From: an uncultured Actinomycetes bacterium
GTDB taxonomy: Bacteria > Actinomycetota > Acidimicrobiia > IMCC26256 > PALSA-610
DNA: 64,000 nucleotides
Direction: 5' to 3'
Assembly (NCBI GenBank): GCA_963814995.1
Contig: CAWFFF010000010.1
Coordinates: forward strand, 9,960-73,959
Under the pieces are notes generated by a model. That model was given only the letters and a program-made list of their open reading frames with translations, did not search any database and was not told the origin of the DNA. Numbering within the stretch: the stretch's first letter is position 1; each line of letters opens with the position of its first letter. This document shows, piece by piece, positions 31,372-43,454 of the stretch. The position numbers were made by a program, and so were the translations under genes.

Positions 31372-32904
31372 CTACACCGGCGGGACGCCGTGTCGCTTGG
31401 CCGCGTCGTCTCGCACCCTGGTCACGGCGAGGCCGAGGCGGCGGGCGAGCTCGGACCGGAGATCCTCCGGCTGCACGACCGCGTCGACGACGAGCTCCGC
31501 GGCCAGGTGCACGAGATCGACGTCCTCCTCGTACTCGGCCTTGTGCTTGGCCACGAAGGCGGCGCGCTCGTCGGCATCCTCGATGGCGTGGATCCGGTTG
31601 TAGAACACCGCGTTCACCGCGGGATCGGGCCCCATCACCGCGATCTGCGCGGTCGGCAACGCCAGGCACGCGTCGGGATCGAACGCCGGGCCGCACATCG
31701 CGTAGAGACCCGCGCCGTACGCCTTGCGCACGATCACCGAGAACTTCGGCACGGTCGCCTCCGCGACCGCGGTGATCATCTTGGCGCCGTGGCGGATAAT
31801 GCCGGCCCGCTCGACCTGCGAGCCGATCATGAAGCCGGGCACGTCGGCGAGGAAGACCAACGGCACGTTGAACGCGTCGCACAACCAGATGAAGCGCGCG
31901 GCCTTGTCGGCCGAGTCGCCGAAGAGCACTCCCCCGAGATGCTTGGGGTTGTTGGCAACGATCCCGATCGCGCGGCCGTCGAGCCGAGCGAAGCCGATGA
32001 TCAGCTCGCGCGCCCAGAGGGGCTTCAGCTCGAAGAACGAGCCGTCGTCGACGAGTGCGTCGAGCACCTTGTGCATGTCGTAGGCACGCCGCTCCTCGTG
32101 CGGGACGATGTCGGCGATCGGCTTCGCGCCCGCTGCGGGTGCGACCGGCGTCTCGTCGGGTGACGACTCCAGCCAGTTCGACGGCAGGTACGAGAGGAAC
32201 TGCCGCGCCTGTGCGATCGCGTCCTCGTCGGAATCGCACAGATTGTCGCCGCACCCGCTGACGGTCGCGTGCATGCGCGCCCCGCCCATCTCGTCGAGCG
32301 AGACGCGCTCGCCGATCACGACCTCGGCCATGCGCGGCGAGCCGAGATACATCGAGGCGTTGCCCTCGACCATGAACACGACGTCGCAGAACGCGGGGAT
32401 GTACGCGCCACCGGCCGCCGACGGGCCGAACAGGCAACACACCTGCGGCACCTTGCCCGACAATCGCACCTGGTTCGCGAAGATGCGCCCCGCGCCCCTG
32501 CGGCCGGGGAACAGCTCGACCTGATCGGTGATGCGCGCGCCGGCCGAGTCGATCAGGTACACGACCGGCAGCTCATGGCTCAGCGCGTACTCGGTGAGCC
32601 GCACCATCTTCTCCACGGTGCGCGCGCCCCACGAGCCGGCCTTCACCGTCGGGTCGTTCGCGAGCACGCAGACGGCGCGGCCGTCGATCCGACCCGTCCC
32701 GGTGACCACGCCGTCAGCCGGAAGATCACCTGCGAGCGCGTTCGCGAGCAGCGCGTCCTCGACGAACGAGTCGGCGTCGAGGAGCAGCGCGAGCCGCTCC
32801 CGCACGAACAGCTTGTTCTGGCGGGCGAGCTTCTCGCCTTCCTTGGCAAGGTTGCCCTCGAGGGCTCGGGCTTCGAGCTCGCGGATGCGGTCGGCGTCGC
32901 TCAC
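31372..32904 (-). CDS. Acyl-CoA carboxylase carboxyltransferase (beta) subunit, methylcrotonyl-CoA carboxylase-like
   Basis: ANDPTVKAGSWG, DSAGAR, GPSAAGGAY, DVPGFMIG, RKAYGAG. Confidence 0.92.
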   Translation of the reverse strand: MSDADRIRELEARALEGNLAKEGEKLARQNKLFVRERLALLLDADSFVEDALLANALAGDLPADGVVTGTGRIDGRAVCVLANDPTVKAGSWGARTVEKMVRLTEYALSHELPVVYLIDSAGARITDQVELFPGRRGAGRIFANQVRLSGKVPQVCCLFGPSAAGGAYIPAFCDVVFMVEGNASMYLGSPRMAEVVIGERVSLDEMGGARMHATVSGCGDNLCDSDEDAIAQARQFLSYLPSNWLESSPDETPVAPAAGAKPIADIVPHEERRAYDMHKVLDALVDDGSFFELKPLWARELIIGFARLDGRAIGIVANNPKHLGGVLFGDSADKAARFIWLCDAFNVPLVFLADVPGFMIGSQVERAGIIRHGAKMITAVAEATVPKFSVIVRKAYGAGLYAMCGPAFDPDACLALPTAQIAVMGPDPAVNAVFYNRIHAIEDADERAAFVAKHKAEYEEDVDLVHLAAELVVDAVVQPEDLRSELARRLGLAVTRVRDDAAKRHGVPPV

Positions 32905-33818
32905 GACGCGTACCTACGGGTGCGCGCACCCGCGTGCAGGAGTGCGCTCGGCAATTCGCGGCCGACGATGTCCTGCGCGAGATGCGCGCATCCGAGCAGT
33001 GCGTCGAGATCGATACCCGTCTCGATCTCCATGTCGGAGAGCATGTGCACGAGATCCTCCGTCACCGCGTTCCCCGACGCCCCGGGCGCATACGGGCACC
33101 CACCGAGACCGCCGATCGACGCGTCGAAGCGGGTCACGCCCCGGTCGAGCGCGGCCACGACGTTGGCGAGCGCGGTGCCGCGCGTGTCGTGGAAGTGCAG
33201 CCCGACCCGGTCGGGCGTGATGCCGGCGTTCGCGAGCGCGTCGAGCAGGTCGCCGACCCGGCGGGGCGTGGCCATGCCGGTGGTGTCGCCGAACGAGAGC
33301 CGGTCGGCGCCCGCGTCGACGAGCAGCCCCGCGATCTGGCCGACCCGCTCGGGCGCGACGTCGCCCTCGTACGGGCACCCGAACGCAGTGGAGACGATGG
33401 CCTCGACCGCGATGCCTGCGGAATGGCCGATCTCCACGACGTCGCGGGCCGCGACGAGCGAGTCGGCGACCGAACGCTTCACGTTCTTCCGGTTGTGCGT
33501 CTCGCTCGCGCTGACGACCAGCTCGATCTCGTCCGCGCCCGCGGCGACGGCGAGCTCGGCGCCCTTCGGGTTGGGCACGAGCGCGGAGTAGGTCACGCCC
33601 GGTCGGCGGGTGATCCGCGCCATGACCTCGGCCGCGCCCGCCATCGGCGGGATCGCGGCGGGCGATACGAACGATGCGGCCTCGATGAACCGCAAACCCG
33701 TCGCCGAGAGCGCGTCGACCAGTCGCACCCGGTCGTCGATGGAGACCGGCGCCTCGTTCTGCAGCCCGTCACGCGGACCGACCTCACGAACATCGACATG
33801 CGGCGGCCACGAGGACAT
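32901..33818 (-). CDS. Hydroxymethylglutaryl-CoA lyase
   Basis: EVGPRDGLQNE, LHFHDTRG, GGLGGCPYAPGASGN. Confidence 0.94.
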   Translation of the reverse strand: MSSWPPHVDVREVGPRDGLQNEAPVSIDDRVRLVDALSATGLRFIEAASFVSPAAIPPMAGAAEVMARITRRPGVTYSALVPNPKGAELAVAAGADEIELVVSASETHNRKNVKRSVADSLVAARDVVEIGHSAGIAVEAIVSTAFGCPYEGDVAPERVGQIAGLLVDAGADRLSFGDTTGMATPRRVGDLLDALANAGITPDRVGLHFHDTRGTALANVVAALDRGVTRFDASIGGLGGCPYAPGASGNAVTEDLVHMLSDMEIETGIDLDALLGCAHLAQDIVGRELPSALLHAGARTRRYAS

Positions 33819-33925
33819 ACGCACCACGTTACGCGCCCGGCGCCCCAACCGGGACCGGTCGAACGTGCCTAGGCTCGCTCCGTCCACCGGCGACCCCGCC
33901 GGGACACGATCTTCGGGAGTCACGC

Positions 33926-34792
33926 ATGGCAGTTGTCCTCATCACCGGGTGCAGCACCGGCATCGGGCTCGAGACCGCGCTCGCATTCGCCCGCCGCGGC
34001 GACACCACGATCGCCACTATGCGCAACGTCGCCAAGGCCGACGCGCTGAAGAAGCGGGCCGCGGACGAGGGGCTCGACATCGAGATCGAGACGCTCGACG
34101 TCGTCGACGACAACTCTGTGAGCTCCGCGGTCGGCAAGATCATCGCGCACCACGGTCAGATCGACGTGCTGGTCAACAACGCCGGCGTCGGTTTCGGCGG
34201 CCCCGTCGAGACGATGCCGATCGACGCGGCACGCGCACTCATGGAGACCAACTTCTGGGGCGCACTCCGCATGATCCGGGCTGCGCTGCCCGGGATGCGC
34301 GAGCGGCGTTCCGGAGTGGTCATCAACGTCACGTCCACCGCGGGACGTATTCCCGGCACGCCCTACGAGGGTCTGTACGCCGCGTCGAAGCACGGTTTGG
34401 GCGCCCTGAGTGAGAGTCTCGCGACCGAGCTCCTGCCGTTCACGGTACGCGTGGTGTGCATCGAACCCGGATTCTTCTCGACGGCGATCAGCGACACGTC
34501 GAACGCGGTCGAGCAAGGCGTCGCCGGCACCGCGTACGAAGTCGACGGCACGTGGTTTCACGGCTTCATGAACCAGAGCGTCGAGGGCGGCGCCGACCCC
34601 AGCATCGTCGCCGATGCCATCGTCGCCGCCGCTACCGACCCGAACACCCCGCTGCACACCACGGTCGGCGACGACGCGGCCATGTTCGTCGACCTGGCCA
34701 CGCAGGCCGGCTCGTGGGAGGGCTGGGTCGCGATGTCGATGCCGATCGTCGAGGCCGCGGTCGGACCGCGACCGATTCCACCGGCTCGGTAG
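33926..34792 (+). CDS. SDR family oxidoreductase
   Basis: TGCSTGIG, NNAG, YAASK. Confidence 0.92.
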   Translation: MAVVLITGCSTGIGLETALAFARRGDTTIATMRNVAKADALKKRAADEGLDIEIETLDVVDDNSVSSAVGKIIAHHGQIDVLVNNAGVGFGGPVETMPIDAARALMETNFWGALRMIRAALPGMRERRSGVVINVTSTAGRIPGTPYEGLYAASKHGLGALSESLATELLPFTVRVVCIEPGFFSTAISDTSNAVEQGVAGTAYEVDGTWFHGFMNQSVEGGADPSIVADAIVAAATDPNTPLHTTVGDDAAMFVDLATQAGSWEGWVAMSMPIVEAAVGPRPIPPAR

Positions 34793-34796
34793 AGCG

Positions 34797-36161
34797 TCAG
34801 CTCGTGCGGGGCCGGACCCGGATCTTGATCGGCGTCGGGCCGAGGTCGAACGACTCGCGCATCTTGCGTTCGAGATAGCGGAGGTATTGCTGGGAGAGCG
34901 GCCGCGTCGCGAAGAGCGTGAACGTCGGCGGGTCGGTCGCGCCTTGGGTGGCATACAGGATCCGGGGCCGGTGCTTCTTGACGACGGGCGCGGGGTGCGC
35001 GTTCTGCGCGTCGCGCAGCACACGGTTGAGCGCGGCCGTCGGGATGCGCTGGTGGTAGGCGCTCTCGGATTCGCGCAACGCGGGCAGCAGCTGGTGCACC
35101 CGGCGTCCGCTCAACGCGGAGATGGGGATCATCGGCGCGTAGCTGAGGAAGCTCAGCATGTCGCCGACCTGGCGCCGCACCTTCTCCCGGTCCTCGGCGT
35201 CGAGGAGGTCCCACTTGTTGCAGATGATCACCACGGCGGTGCCGGCCGCGTCGATGCGCTCGGCGAGGCGCTGGTCTTGATGGGTCACCCCTTCGGAGGC
35301 ATCGATCACGAGCAATGCGGCGTCGGCGCGGTCGATCGCCTCGAGCGCGCGCACCAGGCTGTAGTACTCGGTGGGTTCGTCGATGCGGCTCTTGCGCCGC
35401 AGCCCGGCGGTGTCGACGAACCGCAGCGGGCCGTCATCGGTCTCGACCACGGTGTCGATCGCGTCGCGGGTGGTTCCCGGCATGTCGTGCACGACCGAGC
35501 GGTCCTCGCCGACGAGCCGGTTGAAGAGCGTCGACTTGCCGACGTTCGGGCGGCCGACGATCGCGATGTTGAAGATGCCGTCGTCGAGCGCGTCGGCGGC
35601 GTCGCGCTTCTCCCAGTCGTCGTCGTCATCCGACGCCTCGGGCAGTGCGGCGACGATCGCGTCGAGCAACTCCCCCGACAGCCGGCCGTGGATCGCCGAG
35701 ACCGGCATCGGTTCGCCGAGCCCGAGGCGCTGGAATTCCCACATGTCGCCTTCGCGCCGCTCGTCGTCGACCTTGTTGACCACGACGATGACGGGCCGGG
35801 CCGACTGTTGGAGGAGCCGCGCGACCTGCGCGTCCTCGTCGGTGATCCCGGTGGTGACGTCGACCACGAAGAGCACGACGTCGGCGGTGCGCACCGCTTC
35901 GGCCGCCTGCGCGCTCACCTTGGCCGCGAGCGCCGACTCCTCGCCCGTGAGCCCGGCCTCGCCCTCGGCGAGCCACCCGCCGGTGTCGACGATGCGGAAC
36001 GCCCGGCCGACCCATTCCGCCGACAGCTCGCGCCGGTCGCGCGTGACGCCGGGCCGCTCCTCGACGATCGCGGCGCGACGGCCGACGATGCGGTTGACGA
36101 GCGTCGACTTGCCGACGTTCGGGCGTCCGACGACCGCGACGACCGGGAGCTCGGCGCTCAC
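34797..36161 (-). CDS. der: Ribosome biogenesis GTPase Der (EngA)
   Basis: Two GRPNVGKS G-domains, DTGG/DTAG, NKVD/NKWD, KH-like C-terminus. Confidence 0.96.
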   Translation of the reverse strand: MSAELPVVAVVGRPNVGKSTLVNRIVGRRAAIVEERPGVTRDRRELSAEWVGRAFRIVDTGGWLAEGEAGLTGEESALAAKVSAQAAEAVRTADVVLFVVDVTTGITDEDAQVARLLQQSARPVIVVVNKVDDERREGDMWEFQRLGLGEPMPVSAIHGRLSGELLDAIVAALPEASDDDDDWEKRDAADALDDGIFNIAIVGRPNVGKSTLFNRLVGEDRSVVHDMPGTTRDAIDTVVETDDGPLRFVDTAGLRRKSRIDEPTEYYSLVRALEAIDRADAALLVIDASEGVTHQDQRLAERIDAAGTAVVIICNKWDLLDAEDREKVRRQVGDMLSFLSYAPMIPISALSGRRVHQLLPALRESESAYHQRIPTAALNRVLRDAQNAHPAPVVKKHRPRILYATQGATDPPTFTLFATRPLSQQYLRYLERKMRESFDLGPTPIKIRVRPRTS

Positions 36162-37553
36162 GACGCGACCAACGGGATCGTCGGTCGCCGTGACCGGCGC
36201 AGCGCGCGCACGAGGGCCGCGCCGTCGGTCGGCACGATCTCGACCGGTCGGGGCAGGTCGGTCGCCTCGGTGCCGTCGAGGAACCGGCCCCGCGAGAGCG
36301 CGACGTCGGGAAGGAGGTACCGGTCGTGGTCGGGTTGACCCTCGAGCGCGGCGGCGATGTCGGCACCCGTCAGCAAACCGGTGACACCGATGTTGCCGCC
36401 GAAAAACCCGTTCTTCACCGGGAGCAACCGCACCGGTCCGGGCAACTCCCCGAGCAGCGGTTCGAGCACCGCCGCACCCAACTCCCCCGTGACGATCACG
36501 TTGCAGCCGCCGGCACGCTCGGGCACGGGCGCGGCGGTCACCCGGGGCGCGCGGTAGCCGTCGGCGGGCGCGCCGTCGACCCATGCGAAGAAACCGGAGC
36601 GGGGTCCCGTACCCGCAACCTCGTCGCCCGCGAGCGCGGCACGCACCTCGGCCTCGAACGTGCGCGCCATGCCGATGCCGTTCTCGTGCTGCTCGCAGCC
36701 GTCGTACGCGGTGAGGGGCGGGAACGGTCGCCGGGCGAGGAGGTAGTACTCGTCCGACAGGTACGCGAGGCGGCGACCGAGCGCGGCCTCGTAGCGCGCC
36801 TGCCACCGCTCGACGATGTCGACCACCGCCTGCGCCTCCGCGAGCGTGTGCACGCGCATCTCCGCTTCACGGTTGTGCGCGCTCACGCCGAGCGGCACCA
36901 CGCCGACCGTCGACAGGCCCGAGAAGCGGTCGGCGATGCCGAGCAACGTGTCGTCGAGCACCGCACCGTCGTTGACCCCGGGGCACACGACCACCTGGCC
37001 GTGCACCTCGATCCCCGCGTCGAGCAGCAGCTCCAACCAGCGGAGGCTCGTCGCGCCGCGGCGGTTGCGCAGCAGGCCGCGTGCGGACGTCGGGATCGGT
37101 CGCGTGGATGCTCACGTAGAGCGGCCCGAGCCGTTCGGTCACCACCCGTTCCAGGTCGGCCTCGGTGAACCGGGTCAACGTCGTGAAGTTTCCGTAGAGG
37201 AACGAGAGCCGGTAGTCGTCGTCCTTCAGGTACAGGCTCTTGCGCATGCCCTTGGGCAGCTGGTGGATGAAGCAGAACGGGCAGTGGTTGTCGCACGTCC
37301 GGACCCGATCGAACACCGCGCTCGTCAACTCGACCCCGAGCGGCGCGCCCTCGGCCTTGTCGACGTACACCGACCGCTCCAGACCGCCTCGCCGGAGATC
37401 GAGCTCGACGTGCGCGGCATCGACCTGGAGCTGGTACGCGATGACGTCGCGGAGCACCTCGCCGTTGACCGCCACGACCTCGTCACCGACGACCACGCCG
37501 GCCCGCGCCGCCGGGGATCCGGGCGCGACGGCATCAACGCGGGCAGCGGGCAT
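36158..37553 (-). CDS. DUF512 family PDZ/radical-SAM-like Fe-S protein; frameshift near 37080
   Basis: N-terminal PDZ (VAPGSPAARAG), CDNHCPFCFIHQLPKGMRKSLYLKDDDYRLSFLYGNF, ENGIG, FFGGNIGVTGLL. Confidence 0.85.
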
Positions 37554-37592
37554 GAGGCCAGGATACGGGCTGACCGGCATTACCCTCGTTCC

Positions 37593-38643
37593 GTGCCCGT
37601 GGAGAAGGTCCTGCTCGCGGAGCCGCGTGGCTTCTGCGCCGGCGTCGAGATGGCGATCAAGGCGCTCGCCTGGATGGTCCGGGTCTTCGAGCCGCCCGTG
37701 TACTGCTACCACGAGATCGTCCACAACCGGCTCGTCGTCGACCGCTTCCGCGAACAGGGCGTGATCTTCGTCGACGACGTGAACGACGTCCCCGCCGGTG
37801 CGCCGCTCATGCTGTCCGCGCACGGCAGTGCCCCCGACGTCGTGGAAGCGGCTCGGGCCAACAACCGCTACGTCGTCAACGCGGTCTGCCCTCTCGTCAC
37901 CAAGGTCCATCACGAAGCCAAGGTGCGGGCCCGCAAGGGCTTCACCATCCTCTATGTCGGTCACGCCGGGCACGACGAGGCCGTCGGCACGCTCGCGGTC
38001 GCACCCGGGTCGATCCGGCTCGTCGAGCACGACGACGACCTCGACACCGCCGCGGTCAACGTCGCCGATCCCACCCGCGTCGCGGTGCTCGCCCAGACGA
38101 CGCTCGCCCAGAACGAATGGGCGGGAGTGGTCGAGCGGACGCGCGAACGCTTCCCCGAGGTGTGGACCGCGTCCCGCAACGACCTCTGCTTCGCGACCAC
38201 CAACCGGCAGGACGCGCTGACCGACATCGCGAAGCGCGCCGACGCCGTCGTCGTCATCGGCAGCGCGAACTCGTCGAACACCATCGCGCTCACGAAGGTC
38301 GCGCGCGAGGCCGGTTGCCCGCTCGTGCTGCGCGTCGACGGGCCCGACGAGGTCGACGTCCGGGACGCGCGCGTCGTCGGCGTCACTGCCGGCGCCGAGC
38401 GCGCCCGAGGAGTTGGTCGAGTCGGTCATCGCCCGGCTCGCGCCGCGCGACGGCGTCGAGGTCGTGCGCATGACCGACGAGGACGAGTACTTCCCGCCTC
38501 CGCGCGAGTTGCGCGAGTTGATCCCCGCGCTCGACGTCGTCGCTGCGGTCCTCCTCGGCGGCAAGGTCGCAGCCGCGCGCGGTCCGTTCGTCGACGACCG
38601 CACGCTCGACGCGTCGAACGTGCTCGCCGCGTTCGACGACTGA
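37593..38643 (+). CDS. ispH: 4-hydroxy-3-methylbut-2-enyl diphosphate reductase; frameshift near 38400
   Basis: PRGFCAGV, EIVHN, CPLVTKVH, CFATTNRQ, GSANSSN, GVTAGA. Confidence 0.93.
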
Positions 38644-39273
38644 CTAGCGGATCTCGTTCGCCTGGTCGAACACGACCTGGAGCGCGTCGTGCAGCCGCTC
38701 GGTCAACGCGTCGACCTGGTCGCGCGGCACCACGCCGCCGTCACGCGGCGGGCTCACGATCGGGTCACCGACGACCATGGCGACCCGCCCGAAACGCGGG
38801 AGCTTCAGCCGGTGCGAGCGCAGGATCTCCTCCGTGCCGGCCAACCCGACCGGGACGATCGGCACACCCGCGCGGAGCGCGAGGTACGCGGCGCCCGGTT
38901 GCAGCGCCGCGATCTTCGGACCGTTCTGGCGCGTCCCTTCCGGGTACACGAGCAGCACGTCGCCGCCGTGCAGCATCGCGATCGAGTCCCGGAGCGCCTT
39001 GCGGTCGGTCCCGTCGCGCGCCACCTCGAAGCCGCCGAGCGTGCGGAACAGCCAACCGGCCACCGGAATACGGAACAGCGACGCCTTGCCCATGTACCGC
39101 AGCGGGCGCGGCGACAGCCACGCCGCGAACGGGATGTCCATCATCGAGCGGTGCGACGGCGCGAGCACGTACCCACCGTGCGCGGGCAGCTTGTCGCGTC
39201 CAACGATGCGCGCCCGGTACACGGCCGACGAGCCGCCGGCGACGATCAGGCGGACGGTGTCGTAGAAGAGCAT
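38644..39273 (-). CDS. Lysophospholipid acyltransferase (PlsC family)
   Basis: SHRSMMD, YPEGTR. Confidence 0.9.
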   Translation of the reverse strand: MLFYDTVRLIVAGGSSAVYRARIVGRDKLPAHGGYVLAPSHRSMMDIPFAAWLSPRPLRYMGKASLFRIPVAGWLFRTLGGFEVARDGTDRKALRDSIAMLHGGDVLLVYPEGTRQNGPKIAALQPGAAYLALRAGVPIVPVGLAGTEEILRSHRLKLPRFGRVAMVVGDPIVSPPRDGGVVPRDQVDALTERLHDALQVVFDQANEIR

Positions 39274-39917
39274 CAGGCGACCTCCGCAGCCCGCAGGATC
39301 TGGGCGACGACCGCGTCGACGTCGAGATGGGTCGTGTCGATCACGATCGCGTCGTCGGCCGCACGCAACGGCGAAACCGCCCGCCCGGAGTCGATCGCGT
39401 CGCGCCGGCCGAGCGCGGCCTTCACTTCATCGACTGCGACCGAGCGCGCCGCCGCGGTCTCGTCGCGGTGCCGGCGCCGGGCCCGCTCCTCGTCGCTCGC
39501 GACGAGGTACACCTTCACGGTCGCGTCCGGGAACACCACGGTCCCGATGTCGCGGCCCTCGACGACTCCGCCGCCGTGCCGCTCGACCCATTTCCGCTGG
39601 TACGCGACGAGGATCTCGCGCACCCCGGGATGAGCCGACACCGTCGACACCGCGGCGGTCACCGTCGGGCCCCGGATCTCGGCGCTCACGTCGCGGCCGT
39701 CGAGCGTCGTGACGCCGTCCTCCACCGTGATCGCGCAGTGACGCGCGATCGCGGCGCTCGTCGGCGCGTCCTCGAGCGGCACGGCCGCATCGAGCACCGC
39801 CAGGGTGACCGCCCGGTACATCGCGCCCGTGTCGAGCACCTGCAGCCCGAGCCGGGCCGCGACCGCACGCGCCACCGTCGACTTGCCCGAACCCGACGGT
39901 CCGTCGATCGCGATCAC
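39273..39917 (-). CDS. cmk: Cytidylate kinase
   Basis: [32 protein letters not shown]. Confidence 0.95.
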   Translation of the reverse strand: MIAIDGPSGSGKSTVARAVAARLGLQVLDTGAMYRAVTLAVLDAAVPLEDAPTSAAIARHCAITVEDGVTTLDGRDVSAEIRGPTVTAAVSTVSAHPGVREILVAYQRKWVERHGGGVVEGRDIGTVVFPDATVKVYLVASDEERARRRHRDETAAARSVAVDEVKAALGRRDAIDSGRAVSPLRAADDAIVIDTTHLDVDAVVAQILRAAEVA

Positions 39918-39940
39918 CGTGCGTCATCGCCCGCCGTCCG

Positions 39941-41236
39941 TCAGTCGTTCGAGATCCTGCGGCGAACCCGGGATACGACGACGCCACCGCGTCCCAGCCG
40001 CCGATCGTCGACGTCGGGGCCGAGGGCGTTGGCCGCGACCGCCAGCGCCATCGCGATGCGGTGGTCACCGTGACTGGAGAAGCTCGCGGCCTCGGCCCGG
40101 CCGCCCCGGATCGACAAGCCGTCGGCGCCGGGGCTCGGCGCCGACACCCAGCTTCGTCGAGTTCCGCGTGCAGCGTGCCGATGCGGTTGCTCTCCTTCAC
40201 GACCAGCTCGGCCGCGTCCCGCACGTCGGTGACCCCCTCGGCGAACGCGGCCGCGATCGCGAGCGCGGGGATCTCGTCGATCACATTCGGGATCTCGGCC
40301 CCGGCGATCGTCGTCCCGTGCAGCTCGGCCGCGCGCACCCGCAGATCCCCGAAGGGCTCGCCGCACACCTCACCCGTCGGCGTCGAGCGCGACGTCGGCG
40401 CCCATTCGCCGCAGCACCGCGACGAACCCCACCCGCGTCGGGTTGCACGACACCCCTTCGAGCACGATGTCGGAGCCCGGCGTGATCGCGGCCGCGACCG
40501 CGAAGAACGCGGCCGACGACGGATCGCCCGGAACGTCGAGCTCGAACGGTTCGCGGCGCGCCCCGCTGCACGCGGACGGTCAGGCCGTCGACCGCCACCG
40601 GTGCACCGAGCGCGGCGAGCATCCGTTCGGTGTGGTCGCGGCTCGCGCCGGGCGACACCACCTCCGTCGCTCCGTCGGCGTGCAACCCGGCCAGCACGAC
40701 CGCCGACTTCACCTGCGCGCTCGCGACCGGCAGCTCGTAGCGCAGACCGCGCAGCCCGCCGCCTCGGATCGACCAGCGGCGCGCGCGTCGTCGTCGGCGC
40801 GCCCGTCGACGTGGGCGCCCATCGCGCGCAGCGGCTCGACGATGCGGTCCATCGGGCGCGTCCGCAGCGAGTCGTCGCCGGTCAGCACCGACACGAACGG
40901 CCGCCCCGCCAGCACGCCCGAGAGCACGCGCATCGTCGTGCCGCTGTTCTCGCAGTCGAGCACGTCGTCGGCTTCGTGGAACGCGTCGACGCCGCGTCCC
41001 GTGACGACCGCCCGGCCGCTGTCCGACTCGACCAGCACGCCGAGCTGCTGCAGCACCCGCCCGGTCGCGGCGACGTCGGCGCCCGTCGCCAGGTTCGTGA
41101 TCGTGCTCGGACCGTCGGCGAGCGCGGCGAACATCAGCGCCCGGTGCGAGATCGACTTGTCGCCGGGAACCCGCAGGCGCCCGCGCAGCGGACGCGCGCC
41201 ACCGAGCGTCAACTCGTGCGGCTCATGTCGACTCAC
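39941..41236 (-). CDS. aroA: EPSP synthase; several frameshifts
   Basis: [48 protein letters not shown] spread across frames. Confidence 0.9.
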
Positions 41237-42324
41237 GTGATGTCCGCCCGGCCGGGGTGATAGCCGAGATCGTGGAGACCGGCTTCGAATCCGCCCGCGT
41301 CGTCGGCCGCGACGATCAGCACCAGCACACCCTCGCCGCCTTCGCCGGAGTGCGCGATCTCGAGGTCGACGACGTTGACGCCGAGCCGGCCGGCCAGCGT
41401 CGTCACCTCGGCGATGACGCCGGGCGTGTCGGGCACCATGATGCGCAGCTCCACGAGCTTGCGTCGCCATCGAGATGCCGACCGGCAGGTTGCGCCGGGC
41501 CGCGCGCGCCCGCGCCGAGCAGCTTCTCCAGCGCGTCGCGGTCGCCGGCCGCGACGATGTCGCGCGCGTGCTGCAGCCCGACGAGATACGCGTCGAGCGC
41601 GCCGAGCACCGCGTCGCGGTTCGAGGTGAGGATGTCGAGCCAGATCGTCGGCTGGCTCGCGGCGATCCGCGTCATGTCGCGGAAACCGCCCGCCGCGAGC
41701 CGCAGCAACGCGCGGTGCTCGGCCTCGTGGGTCGTCGCCACGTCCATGAGCGTCGACGCCGCGAGCTGCGGTACGTGGCTCACGAACGAGACGAGCACAT
41801 CGTGGTCTTCGGGCGTGACCGCGACCACCTCGGCACGCAGCTCGCGCAGCAGGCGCGTTCAGCGCCGCGTACGCGCCCGTCGGCGGTCGCGGCCGTCGGC
41901 GTGACGACCCACGCCGCGCCGACGAAGAGGTCGGCGCGGCGCACCGTCGATCCCCTCCTGCTCGGAACCGGCCATCGGGTGCCCGCCGATGAAGCGCGCG
42001 GCGCGGTCCGGGCAGCGGCGCGCGACCTCGGCGACGACAGACCCCTTCACCGAGCCCACGTCGGTGACCAGCGGCACGCCCGCGTCGAGCAGCGCGACCA
42101 CCGCGTCGGCGATCGCGCCGACCGGCAGCGCGACGAACGCGAGGTCGGCGCCGGCGGCCGCCGCGGCGACGTCGGCCGCGGTCGAGCCGACCGCACCGAT
42201 CTCGACGGCCCGCGCGAGCCGGTCGCGATCACGGTCGAAGCCCACGACGTCGTGGCCGACGCTCGGTCAGCGCGAGCCCGATCGAGCCACCGATCAGGCC
42301 CGTGCCGATGACAGCGACGCGCAC
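41233..42324 (-). CDS. tyrA: Prephenate dehydrogenase with C-terminal ACT domain; frameshifted
   Basis: IGTGLIGGSIG, TDVGSVK, GGHPMAGSE, SHVPQL, GFRDMTRIA, PDTPGVIA. Confidence 0.88.
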
Positions 42325-42326
42325 GG

Positions 42327-42690
42327 CTACTCGGGCAGGTCGTCGCGGAGCGAACGCGCGCCTTCGAGGTACACGTGATGGAGATCGGCCCGCGGACTGC
42401 TCGCCGTAGAAGTGCATCATCACCCGGATCGTGTGCTTCATCCCGTGACCGATGCCGAGCTCACGCGCGCACAGCAACGGCACGTCACCGAGACCGAGTG
42501 CTCGCGCCGCGGTCGCCGGGAACTCGGCGGTGAGGTCGTCGGTGGCGGTGAAGATGATGCTCACGAGGTCGTCGTGCGCGATCGAGTTGCGTTCGAGCAT
42601 GGCGCGGACCAGGGCCTGCGTCTTGGCGTCGATGTCGGCCTTCGTGTCCTCGGCGAACGTCGTCGCGCCGCGCAGCGCCAGCAATCTCAC
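42327..42690 (-). CDS. aroH: AroH-type chorismate mutase; frameshift near the 3' end
   Basis: ALRGATT, SIIFTATDDL.AEFPA, VPLLCARE, HVYLEGARSLRDDL. Confidence 0.88.
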
Positions 42691-42701
42691 GGGTCGCCAC
42701 G

Positions 42702-43451
42702 TTACTCGGGCGACGTCGTCGTGGCCGGCGAGTCCGGCGGCGTAGAGCGCCCGGACCTCCTCCGAGGTCAGCTCGCGCCACGCCCCGGGCGCGAGATGCG
42801 GGTCGCGCAACGGCCCGATGCGCGTGCGGGCGAGCCGGACCACCGGGTGGCCGACCGCCGCGCACATCCGCCGCACCATGCGCTTGCGTCCCTCGGTGAC
42901 GACGATCGACAGCGCGGTCGTTCCGGCCGCCGACGTCTGCAGGATCTTCGCCCGCGCCGGCGAGGTCGGCCCGTCGTCGAGCTCGATCCCCTCCCGCAGC
43001 GCGCGCAGCTCGGCCGGCGTCGGCTTGCCCTCCACCTCGGCGAAGTACTCCTTCTCGACGCCGTGGCGCGGGTGGGTGAGCAGCTGCGTGAGCTCGCCGT
43101 CGTTGGTCAACAGGAGCAGCCCCTCGGTGTCGAGATCGAGCCGCCCGACCGGGAACACACGCGGTTCGCCCGGAACCAGGTCGAGCACCGTCGGGCGGTC
43201 GTGCGTGTCGTGCGCGGTCGTGACGTAACCGGCCGGCTTGTTCAGCAACCAGTGCACGAGCTCGGTGTCGACGATGACCGGCACGCCGTCGAGCGCGATG
43301 CGGTCGGTGGCGGGGTCGACACGCCGGCCGAGCACCGCGACCTCGCCGTTCACCGTCACCCGGCCCTCGACGATCAACGCCTCGTTCGTCCGCCGGGAAC
43401 CGAAGCCCGCCGCGCGAGCACCTTCTGCAGCCGCTCGCCGTCGGCTTCCAC
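42702..43451 (-). CDS. rluB: rRNA pseudouridine synthase (RluB/RsuA family)
   Basis: ERLQKVL S4 domain, LNKPAGYV, FPVGRLDLDTEGLLLLTNDG, EGRKRMVRRM. Confidence 0.88.
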
Positions 43452-43454
43452 GAG